The notes: generated by a model not told the origin, from the letters alone. 64,000 nt of DNA from an uncultured virus (IMG/VR IMGVR_UViG_3300033992_000883) (IMGVR_UViG_3300033992_000883), one strand, 5' to 3'; shown: positions 29,086 through 40,651, counted from the stretch's first letter. Program-made: numbers and translations.

Positions 29086-32000
29086 TACCTTGGAGACATT
29101 TGAGTTTTAGTATTAACAATTTTCAAGATCATATTTGTATCTCTTGAATCATTTTTTATAAGCTTGATGAAATTAATATAATGTCTAAATTTCTTTCTTT
29201 CTAATAAAGGTTTTGTATAATCTAAATTCAAAGGATTTAATATTTTTACATAACCATTAACTGATGTGACCCATATATTTTCATCTGAATAGTTTCCTAA
29301 TAACACTGTAGATTCTGGAGCTGGTAAATAAGGACCTTGTCCAGGAGGATATCCTGATCCAATTGGAAACTCACCTCTATCTTTTGTTATATCCCAGAAT
29401 TGATTTATTCTGTATTTGTTTTCCTCTTTAGAGTAAAGGATGTCATAACTTGCTTGATTAGTATTTAATCTTGGAAACTGTAATGATAATGGTATGTCAT
29501 TTTTAGGATAAAGATTTAAGTTAAGGTATCCGGATGCTTGTTCAGAATTAAATACTATAGCTTGATCAAAATTATAATCTAGTACATGATACTGATCCAC
29601 ACATATGTTACGGTCCCTTCTATATGCCTCTAAATAGTATTCTAAACTTTTAATAGTATTTACTACTTGAGCAGTTACCACCGGTAATTCTACTTCAAAA
29701 GGATATTGCACCCCATAGAAATTACAGTAATCATTACAATTAACACTATGTTTCCAAATACTATTATCTTTTATAGTAAAGAATGATCCTTTACTTGGCA
29801 CATAAAAGTTAGGATGCCAATCATGAAATGATAACCAGTACTGCATTTTTGGATCATAACTAACTGTCCATGAAGCATCTTCAAAATATCTTTTATCACC
29901 AATCTTAGCTTTAAGAATTGTTGATACACCACCATTCTGAGTTTTAATTAAAAAGTTATCATTTACATTATCATAAGTTACTAATCCTTTATATTCATCT
30001 TTTAATTTAAAATCTCTTTTAGAAAAATATAGTACACTATTATCATTATCATAACTTGCTGAACAACCAATACCAGCTACAGGATTATCTGTATGTGGGT
30101 ATTTTGGAAAATCTTCAAGAAGTTTGAATGGTAAAAATTCACTAAACCACCATTTCATTCCTGTTTGAGATATTTCTTTTAAACCTTCAGCATATGAGAA
30201 TATTTTACCTTGGTTCTGTGAGATATAAAAAAGTCCAGCCGGAGTTGATACTACACCATATTTATTTTGTGATGAACCATACTCATATGGTTTTTCAGCA
30301 ACAACAACATTTTGAGGAGGTCTTGAAAATAAGTTTTGATCACCTACGGTAACTGCAGTACCACTTGTATCTAATTGTAAAGTATCAGTACCTTGAAAAA
30401 CAAGAGGGCTATCATTTTCAAATGTTATAAACATACCTGTCTTAGCAAAGTTTTTAACTGAGCTTAGAGTACTTTTAAAGTCTACTCTATTTAGAGGGAG
30501 GTATGTTAGCCAACCATCTATAAGTTGATTCTCTTGTTGCTTTAATGAATATATAATTCTATTTGGATATGATGTATAACATAACTCTGCAACATTTGGA
30601 TTATATGTTGTACCTTGTAAATAACCTTGTGTAAAGTATTGATTGAATATAAATCTTGATGCACTTAATGAATAATCATAAGCATAAAAATTACCTCTAG
30701 CTAGTATATCAGGATTTGAATCAAATAATGATGGTAGATCTGTATACTTATATTTACTATAAGGTCTTTGCCAAGTAAATGTACCAACATCTCTAAAATC
30801 TGTAATTACTTCAGACTCAACAAAGAAATCTCTAATACCATTTGCTGAAGTATAAAAGTATGAATTTTTAACAGCTAAAAATCCTGGATAACCTGGAAAC
30901 CACGTATTAACATTATATGCATAATTTCTATTATCCATATCATAATAACTAGATGGTACTAAACCATCTCCATAATCAGGGTTATTAGAAAACCAAGTTA
31001 GTAAATTATTTAAGGTAAAATCACTTATATCCCATGGTTGACTATTTACTTGAAACTTAGGTTCAGGAATCATTTGATTTATAAAATAATTCCATTCTGT
31101 TTCATCCGGAACATTGTAAAGCCAATCAAAAAAGAAGTTCATTATATTCTTTTCTGTAAATCTATTTACATAAGTATCTCCTCCAAAAAATACAGGTGAT
31201 GATGTAGATTTCTGTGTAAAATCATTTACTCCACATAGAGTACCATAATTTGATGTGGCAATAGTATTTGGTCCAGTTAGCGAAATAAAATCTAATTTTT
31301 GTTCACATGGTGTAGCTACAACTTGTTGTATTTGTTCTAGTTGACCATATTGATTTTCTTTTCTATATTTAATTGCAACATAGTGACTTGCAATTTTATT
31401 TATAAAGTTTCTTCCTTTTCCTTTTTCAGTCCAACTAACTTTTCCATTTCCTGTAAAAGTACTATTCATTGCTGCTGGATTATGCGTTCTAATAGCATAA
31501 CCTAATGTCATAAGAGATTGATCAGTACTATAACCAGTAGACTCAAGTATAAAATGGGGTCCTTCAATATCACCTGAACCATCCCATTTAGTAGTTCTTA
31601 ATACAACTAACTTAGGTCTTTTAATATTATTTATTCTATATTTTACCGGAAGACCTGTTGCATTATCAATATACTCAGGTAATATTTGAACTTGATCATC
31701 TACATATTGACCAGAAGCCATGACAAATCTTTTAGGTTTAGTAGCATCATGTGGATCAAATAAATAGTATTCACCATAACCAACTTGTTCTAAAGCATAC
31801 TGTCTTTTCTTAGCAATTGCATACATTACATCAACAGCAGTTTGTGTACCTTTAATAAAGTAATACCAAAGATCTCCTCCTACAACTAAAGTATTTAAAA
31901 AACCATTTATGATAGGACCAAGCATTTGCTTACCCGTATATGTTTTTTCATAAGTTGGTAATGTAAAAGTATTAGAACCCCCAGAAAGTGTTGATTGTGC

Positions 32001-34505
32001 TGTTTGAAAAAAACCTGCAAGTGTATCACCTGGTGTAAATAAATCAGCTATTGGTGAGTATGTAGCTAATGCTGCATCTAAACCAGTAGCTGCAGAATTA
32101 GCTGCAATAACACCTAAGTTGTTCATAGCTTGTCCAGTAGTTGAACCTCCAGCAATTGGAGGACCACCAACAATATTCCATGCTAAACCATAAGGTTGTG
32201 TAAAATTACCAGCTGGATAATTTATTTTTATTTCTCCTAATGCATTTAACAAAGCATCAATAATACCATTTGCTAAAGCAAATAAAATAATTTTATTTGT
32301 TAAGAATTTAAATCTAGGATGTTTACTTGGTTCAATAAAGAATTGTTCTGCTTCTCCTCTAAGTACACCATATATTTTTAATTCTGTTGTATTCAAATAA
32401 GGATTAACAAAACTAGTATCTGGAGAATGAAATGAAATAATATCTTGAGGTATATTCTGATTTTCTTTTTGATTATTATTATTTCTTTTAGTAATATAAG
32501 GATCATTATACAAATAGTCAAAACTACCTAAACCTGTTGCATTTGTAAGATTATTTAATTCTGGTACAATACAGTTGTAAGGATAATTTGCATATAAACC
32601 AATTACATCATTTTCAGCAGCACTTCCTCTAAGATTGTAATCTCTAAAATTATTTATAATACCTTTAGCAAGAATAGTTTTATTACCATGTCTTGAACCT
32701 CTTAGTATTTCATAACCTACAATACCTGGTATATCATTTCCGTCATTATCTTTTGGCAATATAATATTTGAAAATTCAACTCCCATTAATCTTATATAAT
32801 AACCAGAAGATTTTCTTATAAAGTGATTTGTAAGATAACTTGTATTTTGATCAGGAAACTTATGATGTCTAATTGGTTTACCACATAAATCATAATCTGG
32901 ATTAGTAGTTAATGTCCAGCATTGAGAACTTGAGTTCCAAACATCAGATTGAAAATCTGGATATTTTTCAGAAGACTGCCAGTAACCCATATCACCTCTT
33001 GCAATAACAACACCACCATCAGGTAATGTTTCAAGTCCATTTATTGAACCTGCAGTAACACTTGCTGTATTTATACTTTCAAATAACATTGTATTACCCG
33101 GTAAAGTAATACCGGCTATATTTGAGAAAGGATCAATTTCATTATAAACTGTACCATTATATGTATAATTTCTAGGTGGTCTTCCTGGAATATGATATGA
33201 TGCAGATTTGTCTCCAGTATCATAAACCCATCTGATAAAAAATGAATATACTTCATCTCTTAAATAAGATGTGTTTTTTCCTCCATCAACATAATAAGTT
33301 TCTGGATATTCTATTTCAACCCATTGAGTTCTTATTAAGTTTGCTAATGGTTGATAGTTAAAATCAAATTTAGAAGTAGGCCCTACTCTTAATAGATAAT
33401 CCATTACTTCTGTCATTTGTCTTGACTTTTCTACAACCGGGCTTCTTAATAAAAGTTCTTTAGTACTTATAGCAGGAGTTGATTCACTTATCTGATCTAG
33501 TATAATGGTTTTTATTCTTGTAGAATAATAACCTACTATACGGGCACTAAAATTTTGATCAATAAATCTTATTACAGCTAACTCAAATTCATCAAAGTTT
33601 TCTTCATCTGCTTCAACAGTTATTTCAAGAGAGCCCTTAAAGTTTATTGCATTTGATATTGGTTGTGTATATGTACTAGAGAAATAATCAGTTACTCTAT
33701 ATCTATCTTTTGTATAAGCAATAGCAACAGCATATGAACCATTATCTATAGTACCAGGTTGATTAGATAAGTTAATATCTAAACATGGTGTTTTAACTAG
33801 AGTAGCTAATCTGATTCTATTACAATCTAAAAAACCAGGTTTAACTGGAGTACATATTTTACAAACTGTTGGTCCAGATCCATCAACTTCACATTTTTCT
33901 TCCCATGGAATATTCGGCCAAAGAATTGTAACACCCGATTCATTTGAATATAAATTACCATTAGTTGTTGATGATCCACCTATCCAAACATAATTATCTT
34001 CTGGCCATGTTTTTGGATCACCAATATTCATATATCTATCAGGATTTAAATTATCTGCCCAATAGACTTGCCAAGTACAATCATTTAATAATTTAGAAGC
34101 TCCTGTTATTAAATGAAGTTTATTAAAGTTAAGACACCTATCTTGTACAATTGGTCTATAGTTACAGATATCACCTTCAAATAAACCTATCTCAGACATT
34201 AAAGGTTTTGTATCTTGTATATCATAACCAACTGTATATATGATCCATTTATCACTAAATAAATGTATAGCACCTATTATATACTTTTTGAAAGCATTCA
34301 TTGTTTGTCCAGCAAGTCCACATAAAGCATTAGATTCCTCGTTAGAGAGTGTGCCTAAGTCTCCCTCTGCTGTGTTGTTTACAGCATTCCGGGCATGTGT
34401 CCACATTCCTTCTTGTACAAATAAAGGATCAGAGTCTTTATTTAAACCCTTAATAAAGGAGTTTGTATTCTGTTGGGAAGTATCCTGTTGATTTCTCTTT
34501 GCCAT
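29085..34505 (-). CDS. Tail stabilization / muzzle protein (1806 aa)
   Basis: NSFIKGLNKD N-terminus, YLRDEVYSFFIRW, FGGDTYVNRF, SWTVSYDP..WLSFHDW; typical size and position after the ring genes in Crassvirales. Confidence 0.85.
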   Translation of the reverse strand: MAKRNQQDTSQQNTNSFIKGLNKDSDPLFVQEGMWTHARNAVNNTAEGDLGTLSNEESNALCGLAGQTMNAFKKYIIGAIHLFSDKWIIYTVGYDIQDTKPLMSEIGLFEGDICNYRPIVQDRCLNFNKLHLITGASKLLNDCTWQVYWADNLNPDRYMNIGDPKTWPEDNYVWIGGSSTTNGNLYSNESGVTILWPNIPWEEKCEVDGSGPTVCKICTPVKPGFLDCNRIRLATLVKTPCLDINLSNQPGTIDNGSYAVAIAYTKDRYRVTDYFSSTYTQPISNAINFKGSLEITVEADEENFDEFELAVIRFIDQNFSARIVGYYSTRIKTIILDQISESTPAISTKELLLRSPVVEKSRQMTEVMDYLLRVGPTSKFDFNYQPLANLIRTQWVEIEYPETYYVDGGKNTSYLRDEVYSFFIRWVYDTGDKSASYHIPGRPPRNYTYNGTVYNEIDPFSNIAGITLPGNTMLFESINTASVTAGSINGLETLPDGGVVIARGDMGYWQSSEKYPDFQSDVWNSSSQCWTLTTNPDYDLCGKPIRHHKFPDQNTSYLTNHFIRKSSGYYIRLMGVEFSNIILPKDNDGNDIPGIVGYEILRGSRHGNKTILAKGIINNFRDYNLRGSAAENDVIGLYANYPYNCIVPELNNLTNATGLGSFDYLYNDPYITKRNNNNQKENQNIPQDIISFHSPDTSFVNPYLNTTELKIYGVLRGEAEQFFIEPSKHPRFKFLTNKIILFALANGIIDALLNALGEIKINYPAGNFTQPYGLAWNIVGGPPIAGGSTTGQAMNNLGVIAANSAATGLDAALATYSPIADLFTPGDTLAGFFQTAQSTLSGGSNTFTLPTYEKTYTGKQMLGPIINGFLNTLVVGGDLWYYFIKGTQTAVDVMYAIAKKRQYALEQVGYGEYYLFDPHDATKPKRFVMASGQYVDDQVQILPEYIDNATGLPVKYRINNIKRPKLVVLRTTKWDGSGDIEGPHFILESTGYSTDQSLMTLGYAIRTHNPAAMNSTFTGNGKVSWTEKGKGRNFINKIASHYVAIKYRKENQYGQLEQIQQVVATPCEQKLDFISLTGPNTIATSNYGTLCGVNDFTQKSTSSPVFFGGDTYVNRFTEKNIMNFFFDWLYNVPDETEWNYFINQMIPEPKFQVNSQPWDISDFTLNNLLTWFSNNPDYGDGLVPSSYYDMDNRNYAYNVNTWFPGYPGFLAVKNSYFYTSANGIRDFFVESEVITDFRDVGTFTWQRPYSKYKYTDLPSLFDSNPDILARGNFYAYDYSLSASRFIFNQYFTQGYLQGTTYNPNVAELCYTSYPNRIIYSLKQQENQLIDGWLTYLPLNRVDFKSTLSSVKNFAKTGMFITFENDSPLVFQGTDTLQLDTSGTAVTVGDQNLFSRPPQNVVVAEKPYEYGSSQNKYGVVSTPAGLFYISQNQGKIFSYAEGLKEISQTGMKWWFSEFLPFKLLEDFPKYPHTDNPVAGIGCSASYDNDNSVLYFSKRDFKLKDEYKGLVTYDNVNDNFLIKTQNGGVSTILKAKIGDKRYFEDASWTVSYDPKMQYWLSFHDWHPNFYVPSKGSFFTIKDNSIWKHSVNCNDYCNFYGVQYPFEVELPVVTAQVVNTIKSLEYYLEAYRRDRNICVDQYHVLDYNFDQAIVFNSEQASGYLNLNLYPKNDIPLSLQFPRLNTNQASYDILYSKEENKYRINQFWDITKDRGEFPIGSGYPPGQGPYLPAPESTVLLGNYSDENIWVTSVNGYVKILNPLNLDYTKPLLERKKFRHYINFIKLIKNDSRDTNMILKIVNTKTQMSPR

Positions 34506-35518
34506 TACAATACTCTTATATTATTACGGTTTCTATAGTAAACATTATTTGGTGAATAACTTTTAAACATATCATAATACTTACCATATTGAGCTTTTCT
34601 ATTAGCCATCCAAAGTTTTTCAAGTTCCTTGAAGTTAGGAGTATTAACTAAACCTAAAGCTTGGTTTCTAGCTGCTTTTAATTTAGAAGCAATATACTGA
34701 AGTTTCTGACCAACATCTTCTCCGTTCATTAATAAATTTTCAAGTATTCTTTCTTTTAATGCATACTCATAGTATTCATTAAGAAGTTCATGATCAGGAA
34801 CAAGTAAATTACCATTATCATCTTCTAAAGTAGATTGATAATTAAGATATACTTTACCTTCTTTAAAAGTTGTATTTAAAAAACCATGTTTTATCCATCC
34901 TTCATTTACAGTATTATAATAAAGATTTGGACAATCACATTCAATTTCTTGACTTGTCTTCATCCTAAGTGGATAAAGATTTCTATAAACTCTTGTTGTA
35001 GAAGGATTTATGATTTGTATTAGTTCATATGCTTCACCTTTACAATTTAAAAATACTCTTGGTTTTATAGCAGTATCACCATATGGTTGGCCAAGAGAAT
35101 GAGTTATACATATACCTTCTTGTCCATTATAACAACAAGGTTGATTTACTGGAGCTTCACAAGAATTCAAATAAGTTTCACTTGGAAATTCTCTGTATGG
35201 TACTTCTTGAATATTAGTTCCTCCGGCAAAACCATCATAACCAACATAACCCACATTATTTTGGAAGTCCCCGCAAATTAATGCATAATTAAATGCATAA
35301 AAATTATCAGGCAGTTTAACTTTATTATGGGTAACATCAAGTATAATTTCCTTTTGTTGATTTATTCTCAACCCTAAATCATAATTAATTTTTCTAACTA
35401 GTTTGATTAACTGTTGAGGCTCAATCATATTTTCTAAAGCAAATGTGTACAAATCAATTGTAACATCTTCTAGAAGTTGATCAAAGGTTCTATATTTCAG
35501 AGTATAATTAAAATCCAT
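34505..35518 (-). CDS. Tail ring / tail tubular protein (337 aa)
   Basis: Immediately upstream of muzzle; FKEGKVYLNY..DDNGNLLVPD motif. Confidence 0.75.
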   Translation of the reverse strand: MDFNYTLKYRTFDQLLEDVTIDLYTFALENMIEPQQLIKLVRKINYDLGLRINQQKEIILDVTHNKVKLPDNFYAFNYALICGDFQNNVGYVGYDGFAGGTNIQEVPYREFPSETYLNSCEAPVNQPCCYNGQEGICITHSLGQPYGDTAIKPRVFLNCKGEAYELIQIINPSTTRVYRNLYPLRMKTSQEIECDCPNLYYNTVNEGWIKHGFLNTTFKEGKVYLNYQSTLEDDNGNLLVPDHELLNEYYEYALKERILENLLMNGEDVGQKLQYIASKLKAARNQALGLVNTPNFKELEKLWMANRKAQYGKYYDMFKSYSPNNVYYRNRNNIRVL

Positions 35519-36180
35519 TATCTTAAGATATTTTGACTGTCATCAGTTGGATCAACTGGTATTTGAGCAATCATGGTTAATTCTTTTAAAGCAAATTGTT
35601 CTATTTCAGAAAATAAATATTCTGGAATATTAAGTGGTTGATCTTGTATAAGTTCACAGTTATCTGAATCACATGTAGGAACATTATTTTCAAATATAGC
35701 TTCTATTCTAATTGCATCCCAATCTATATTAGGACAGTATATGTAACCATTAAGATACCAGAAGTAGGGTCTCTTATTATATTTAAATGTTGTAGATTTA
35801 GTTATAGAAACCCAAGTACCTGGATCAGTTCTAAACATTTCTATACCACCATCTATAGAAGATATAGTACGTATAATAGGACCAAACATACCATCAAGAA
35901 TTGTAGGTAACTTATCTTTAGATCTTTTAAAATAACATCCAGAATAAACTCCTACACAACCAGCCTCCACTTTATCAACATCAATTAACTCTACATAGGG
36001 AAGAACTTTAAAGATCTGACTCATCTTCATTAATCTAAATTGATTGTCTTCTCTTTTTATAAGAGTTTTAGCATACTTTGTAAGAACAAAATATATCTGT
36101 CTATCAGTAAGAAAAGAATCCTCCTTTACAGCTTTTAAAGCATTTCTTACTCTTGATATTGCTTCTCCAATATTTGTCAT
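35518..36180 (-). CDS. Tail ring protein (220 aa)
   Basis: Synteny; LTDRQIYF, YLNGYIY, IEAIFE motifs resembling crAss ring proteins. Confidence 0.7.
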   Translation of the reverse strand: MTNIGEAISRVRNALKAVKEDSFLTDRQIYFVLTKYAKTLIKREDNQFRLMKMSQIFKVLPYVELIDVDKVEAGCVGVYSGCYFKRSKDKLPTILDGMFGPIIRTISSIDGGIEMFRTDPGTWVSITKSTTFKYNKRPYFWYLNGYIYCPNIDWDAIRIEAIFENNVPTCDSDNCELIQDQPLNIPEYLFSEIEQFALKELTMIAQIPVDPTDDSQNILR

Positions 36181-36758
36181 ATGTCAAATTCATTATAGCT
36201 TTTTAAAGCTTTTTTTTCTTTATTAAGCGCAATACTTTTATGTATTGCTTTATCATATATTTTCCTAAGTTTAGTTGTAGCATTAACTACAACATACATA
36301 TTCCAATTTTCTGAATAGTTTTTAGAAACACTTCTTTTAAATTCTCTGCATGCAACAAAACTCCAAAACTCTCTATTTCTCATTTTATGTTTAGGAGCAT
36401 GACTTGTAAAAAAGATTTTAGCTAACTTACCATCTGTATTAAAATTATTATTTGTTACTTTTAAACCATACTTATTAGACTTTGCATAATCAATATTACT
36501 TTTCTTACTTGATTGACATGTCCCAATAAATAACCATCCAATTGTTTCAGGTAACTGAACTCCATCTCTTTTTTCAATTACTGTATTAAACAATAATTTA
36601 TTAAAAGCTTTAATAACGGTTCTTAAATAATAATTATCATAGTTTTTATACTTACTATGTTTCTTTTTAAAACTATCAAAGAACTTTTTGTTCAATACAC
36701 TATACACTTCAGATCTATATCTTGGTGCTTTTAAATTTGGTTTGTTAAACTCCTTCAT
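36177..36758 (-). CDS. IHF/HU-like basic protein of the crAss tail block (193 aa)
   Basis: Helix..GVQLPETIGWLFI..FVACREFKRSV pattern; position before the ring genes. Confidence 0.6.
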   Translation of the reverse strand: MKEFNKPNLKAPRYRSEVYSVLNKKFFDSFKKKHSKYKNYDNYYLRTVIKAFNKLLFNTVIEKRDGVQLPETIGWLFIGTCQSSKKSNIDYAKSNKYGLKVTNNNFNTDGKLAKIFFTSHAPKHKMRNREFWSFVACREFKRSVSKNYSENWNMYVVVNATTKLRKIYDKAIHKSIALNKEKKALKSYNEFDI

Positions 36759-36760
36759 AT

Positions 36761-36780
36761 TAATATACTAAAAATAAATG
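36761..36780 (-). promoter_or_regulatory. GTATATTA promoter-like motif
   Basis: CATTTATTTTTAGTATATTA just after a terminator; identical 20-mer at 63252-63271. Confidence 0.6.
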
Positions 36781-36797
36781 ATATTAGCAAATATACA

Positions 36798-36830
36798 TAA
36801 AAAACAAAACCCTCACTAGTGCGAGGGCTT
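36798..36830 (-). terminator. Intrinsic terminator
   Basis: Minus strand AAGCCCTCGC-ACTA-GTGAGGGTT followed by TTGTTTTTT, downstream of the 400-aa gene. Confidence 0.75.
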
Positions 36831-36870
36831 GCCTTGTTGTCACAGAAACCAACAACCTGTAACTTTTTTT

Positions 36871-38073
36871 TTATCCTATAACTGTTACTGAATAAGTGCC
36901 TAATCCACCTGGTACAACTTCAACAATTGAAATATTATTGGAATTATCAACAGTATATGTATAATCAGTACCATGTATATATGTAACAAATGGTAAAGGT
37001 AATGATGCTGATTTTACAGAGATAATTATATCTGCTGTACCTAGATCATGATTTATTGTTTGATTACCACTTAATGCAGATGATGTAAATTTAGCCACAT
37101 CAGCAGCAATTGTTACAGCAGTAGCAGAACCACTTAAACTAATACCATTACCAGCAGTTAAACCTTTAGTTACTAAAGCAGGACCAGTTCCATCATTTAC
37201 TAAAGTTTCTGTTCCACCAGCAGATGCTAATGATACAGGACCTTCTGTATTTGTAATTGTAAAGTTTGGATATGTACCAGTGATATCAATACCAGCTCCT
37301 TCAGTTAATACTACTGTTTGATCAGGAGCATTATTAGTAATTCTAATTGCATCTGTACCAGGTACAGTACTTGCATTAAGAACAATACCTGTTCCAGCTA
37401 CAAAGTTTAATGTATCTCCAGGAGCTTCAGCTATCTGAATATTTGTAGGATCATTAGCAGGTCCCCATACAAATCCTGAATCAGGATTAATTTGAGCTCT
37501 GTCAAAATCATTTGGTGGAATAACACTACCTGGTACAACTGAGGCACCTGTAACATGACCAAAAGTATCAAATATAAAAAAGACATCTTGGATAAAAGTA
37601 TTACCAGAGTTATCACTATTTAAGTTAGCTACACTTGATGTATCTTGATGAGAAACAGTTACTGTTCCTGCAATTGGATTTTGAGATATTAAAATACCAG
37701 GACCTGCAAGAATTGATGCAAGTATATCATTTTGAAATACTGTATCAAAATAAGCTTGTAAGGCAGGTATATCAATAGATACAGTATATGTTGTTACATT
37801 ACCTACTGTATTAGGAACTACATCTATATAAGTAGAACCTACAACCTGAGTTACTGGACCTACTGTATTACAAATATAGTTTACTAATTTAGTAATTACT
37901 GTATCTAAATAATCATATCTTTTGATTACTGTGTCTGTATTACAAATTATATCAGTACCTGTATATACAATGCACTGAGAATTAAATACCTCCGGGCATG
38001 CAGGAGGACACGGAGGAGTAACCGTATAGGTATTGTTACATCCGCAGTTTTGATTACATGTGTGAGTTGCCAT
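36871..38073 (-). CDS. Tail fibre/appendage protein (400 aa)
   Basis: Cys-rich N-terminus (SQCIVYTGTDI), repeated AGxGIxI shaft motifs, C-terminal TINHDLGT beta domain. Confidence 0.65.
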   Translation of the reverse strand: MATHTCNQNCGCNNTYTVTPPCPPACPEVFNSQCIVYTGTDIICNTDTVIKRYDYLDTVITKLVNYICNTVGPVTQVVGSTYIDVVPNTVGNVTTYTVSIDIPALQAYFDTVFQNDILASILAGPGILISQNPIAGTVTVSHQDTSSVANLNSDNSGNTFIQDVFFIFDTFGHVTGASVVPGSVIPPNDFDRAQINPDSGFVWGPANDPTNIQIAEAPGDTLNFVAGTGIVLNASTVPGTDAIRITNNAPDQTVVLTEGAGIDITGTYPNFTITNTEGPVSLASAGGTETLVNDGTGPALVTKGLTAGNGISLSGSATAVTIAADVAKFTSSALSGNQTINHDLGTADIIISVKSASLPLPFVTYIHGTDYTYTVDNSNNISIVEVVPGGLGTYSVTVIG

Positions 38074-38137
38074 TTTTTTTATTTTAAATTAAACATATAT
38101 ACATATTCTTGAATTAAAATTAATTCATTTATTGGTT

Positions 38138-40636
38138 TTATAAATTTCTAAGTTTAACAAACCCAATTCTTATTGCATCACTTCCATTATATGCACCACC
38201 AGCATAATCTTCTCCTGTTAAATTTAACATTCTGAAAATTACTTCACTTCCAACATTTAGTGTAACTACACATTGAGCAGTAAGAATTATGTTACTATCC
38301 ATATTTGCAACTATACTTTTTGAAGCTCCTGTAAATATATCTCCAGAATTTGTTCCTCCACTACATATACCTATATCAAATCGTCCATCAGAACCTGTTG
38401 TTTTCCAATATGCAGTATTGTCTCCATTAGCTTTTAAATAAGTAGACATTGTTAAAAGATACTCACCTTTTTGTGTTATTTCAAATATACCCGTAGTATT
38501 ATCAACTGTTAAGAATGTAGAAGTTGGAGGAGCAGTTACTGGAAATGTTGCACCAATGTAATTAGTTCCTCCATAAGGGGGGATAGTAACATTTACAACA
38601 GTTCCGTTAGAATCCATGTAGTTGTATTGAAGTACATCTTGTACTCTTTGACCAACAGGATAATTATTACCACCTTTACCAACCGTTTTTCCTGGTGCAT
38701 TTACTACATTTGGTATTGTTGCAGGAGCAGTGTTACAATTGTTTGGTCCTCCAATAGTTACTTGAGCATAAAAATAATCTAAACCATTATTTACAACTGG
38801 TGCTTCAATTGCAATACATCCTGTATCTCCTACTGATATATCTAATGTACAAGAAGTTAAAGATCTTAAAGCTAAAGTTTGTGTAACAGGATCCCATGAA
38901 TCTATTAATGATACACAATCACAAGAACCAGTTCCTAATATATTATTTAAATCATCTTCAAATTCTTGTGCCGTAAAGTTAATAACACAACCTCCACCGG
39001 TTGTTGTTTTATTAAGTACAGGAGTCCAATTATAATCCCATATTCCTTTATTTGCTGTTACATATAAATTAGTAATTGGATATGTTAATCCACTAAAAGT
39101 AGCATCAAAATTTGGACCTAATGCTGAAGATAAACCAGTTGAAGTTATTGGACCATTAGTTGTTGCGGCATATACCTGCAATAAAAAATTTCTTGATGTA
39201 ACATCAAATGTATTTGCAGGATATACTACACCTCTAAAAAAGTTCCAATGATTATTATAATCAAGTACAAACTCAGCATGATCATTTGTCCATCCAGATG
39301 TTGGTTGCAATTGATTTACAGTTAATGAAGGTGTACTATTATTTCCATGATAACTTTGAGAAATCTCACTATTATTATTTGCTTCATTTACAAATGCTAT
39401 ATATAATAAACCTGTAGGTGCTATCCAACTTGGAGTATTCCAGTTAGGTGGGATTGTAGCTCCAACAGGAGTTGCTGTTGAAGGATTTAACCAATTAAAC
39501 AAAGTAGGTGCAGGTGATATACCTGTAAAATTACCATTTTTAATTATTCTTGGAAATTTTAAATATGTTTCAGGAGTTGAAACTTCAAAAATATATAAAT
39601 TACCAGTATAACTTGGATTTGCTGTTTGGTAATTTGTATACCAGTCAGTAACGGCTGTACATAAAGTTTGTTTGTTTGTAAGATAAGTTGCACTACAAGC
39701 TCCTGCTTCAGCATAAGGACCTGAAGAAACATCAATATGAACATATATGTCAGCATTATTTGTTATAGCTTCACCACATGGACATGGTTCTTCAATTGTT
39801 AAAGTATCTCCAGGATCTAAAGTAGATACAAAGTTATATATATCACATAATGCAATCCAAATATTATTGATTGCATCAGCTACTGTATTATAAGAAGCAT
39901 TTTGTATCCAATTTGGATTAAAACTAAAAGGAGTACCTGTTGTTAATTGTAAATCTGTATCATCAATACATTTTGCATTTACTGCATTTATTAATTCAGA
40001 TGTGGTACCTGTTGCTGTATAGAATGGACACCAAACATTATTTATAAATTCTTGTAATATTGTATTTATAAATTGAGTTGAACCTGTTGGTAAGGAACCA
40101 ATAGGACAACTAGTTAGAGTAAAAGATGGTATAACATTCTCCGGAGGAGGAGTATTTTCTAATACTGTAACTCGTATATCTAAATTATTAATTTGACTTT
40201 GTAAGTCTCCTATTTGATCTATTAAGTCACAAACTTTTTGTGCAATCATTTGAACATAGTCAACTAACTGCATTGTTGTTTGATTGTTCTGAACAAAACA
40301 AGGTTTAACTGTAACTACACAATCAGGGCATGCTGAGTCAACTCTAGTTGTATCAGTAGGTATACCTTCAAGTTCACAAATCTTTTCAATAAGCAATTGA
40401 ATTAAAGCTTGAAAATCTTTTGGACCACAAGCTGTTATACCAAGACAAGATAAGTCATAATTAGTTACATTGGTTTGATCTAATAATGTACAAAGCTCTG
40501 TAGCCATTTTAGCTACTACATCAGATATAGTATCTCCAGTACATAGATTAATACAATCTAGTGTAGGTCCTTGCCATACCACACAATTTGATGATACTGG
40601 TGAACATGGTCTGTTATCTAAATTTAAAGGCTTCAT
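38138..40636 (-). CDS. Tail fibre/spike protein (832 aa) with Cys-rich N-terminus, coiled coil and C1q/BclA-like C-terminus
   Basis: SSNCVVWQGP N-terminus related to the 400-aa protein; LIDQIGDLQSQINNLDIRVTVLE coil; TGIFEITQKGEYLL...VTLNVGSEV. Confidence 0.6.
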   Translation of the reverse strand: MKPLNLDNRPCSPVSSNCVVWQGPTLDCINLCTGDTISDVVAKMATELCTLLDQTNVTNYDLSCLGITACGPKDFQALIQLLIEKICELEGIPTDTTRVDSACPDCVVTVKPCFVQNNQTTMQLVDYVQMIAQKVCDLIDQIGDLQSQINNLDIRVTVLENTPPPENVIPSFTLTSCPIGSLPTGSTQFINTILQEFINNVWCPFYTATGTTSELINAVNAKCIDDTDLQLTTGTPFSFNPNWIQNASYNTVADAINNIWIALCDIYNFVSTLDPGDTLTIEEPCPCGEAITNNADIYVHIDVSSGPYAEAGACSATYLTNKQTLCTAVTDWYTNYQTANPSYTGNLYIFEVSTPETYLKFPRIIKNGNFTGISPAPTLFNWLNPSTATPVGATIPPNWNTPSWIAPTGLLYIAFVNEANNNSEISQSYHGNNSTPSLTVNQLQPTSGWTNDHAEFVLDYNNHWNFFRGVVYPANTFDVTSRNFLLQVYAATTNGPITSTGLSSALGPNFDATFSGLTYPITNLYVTANKGIWDYNWTPVLNKTTTGGGCVINFTAQEFEDDLNNILGTGSCDCVSLIDSWDPVTQTLALRSLTSCTLDISVGDTGCIAIEAPVVNNGLDYFYAQVTIGGPNNCNTAPATIPNVVNAPGKTVGKGGNNYPVGQRVQDVLQYNYMDSNGTVVNVTIPPYGGTNYIGATFPVTAPPTSTFLTVDNTTGIFEITQKGEYLLTMSTYLKANGDNTAYWKTTGSDGRFDIGICSGGTNSGDIFTGASKSIVANMDSNIILTAQCVVTLNVGSEVIFRMLNLTGEDYAGGAYNGSDAIRIGFVKLRNL

Positions 40637-40651
40637 AGTTTATTCTATTTA

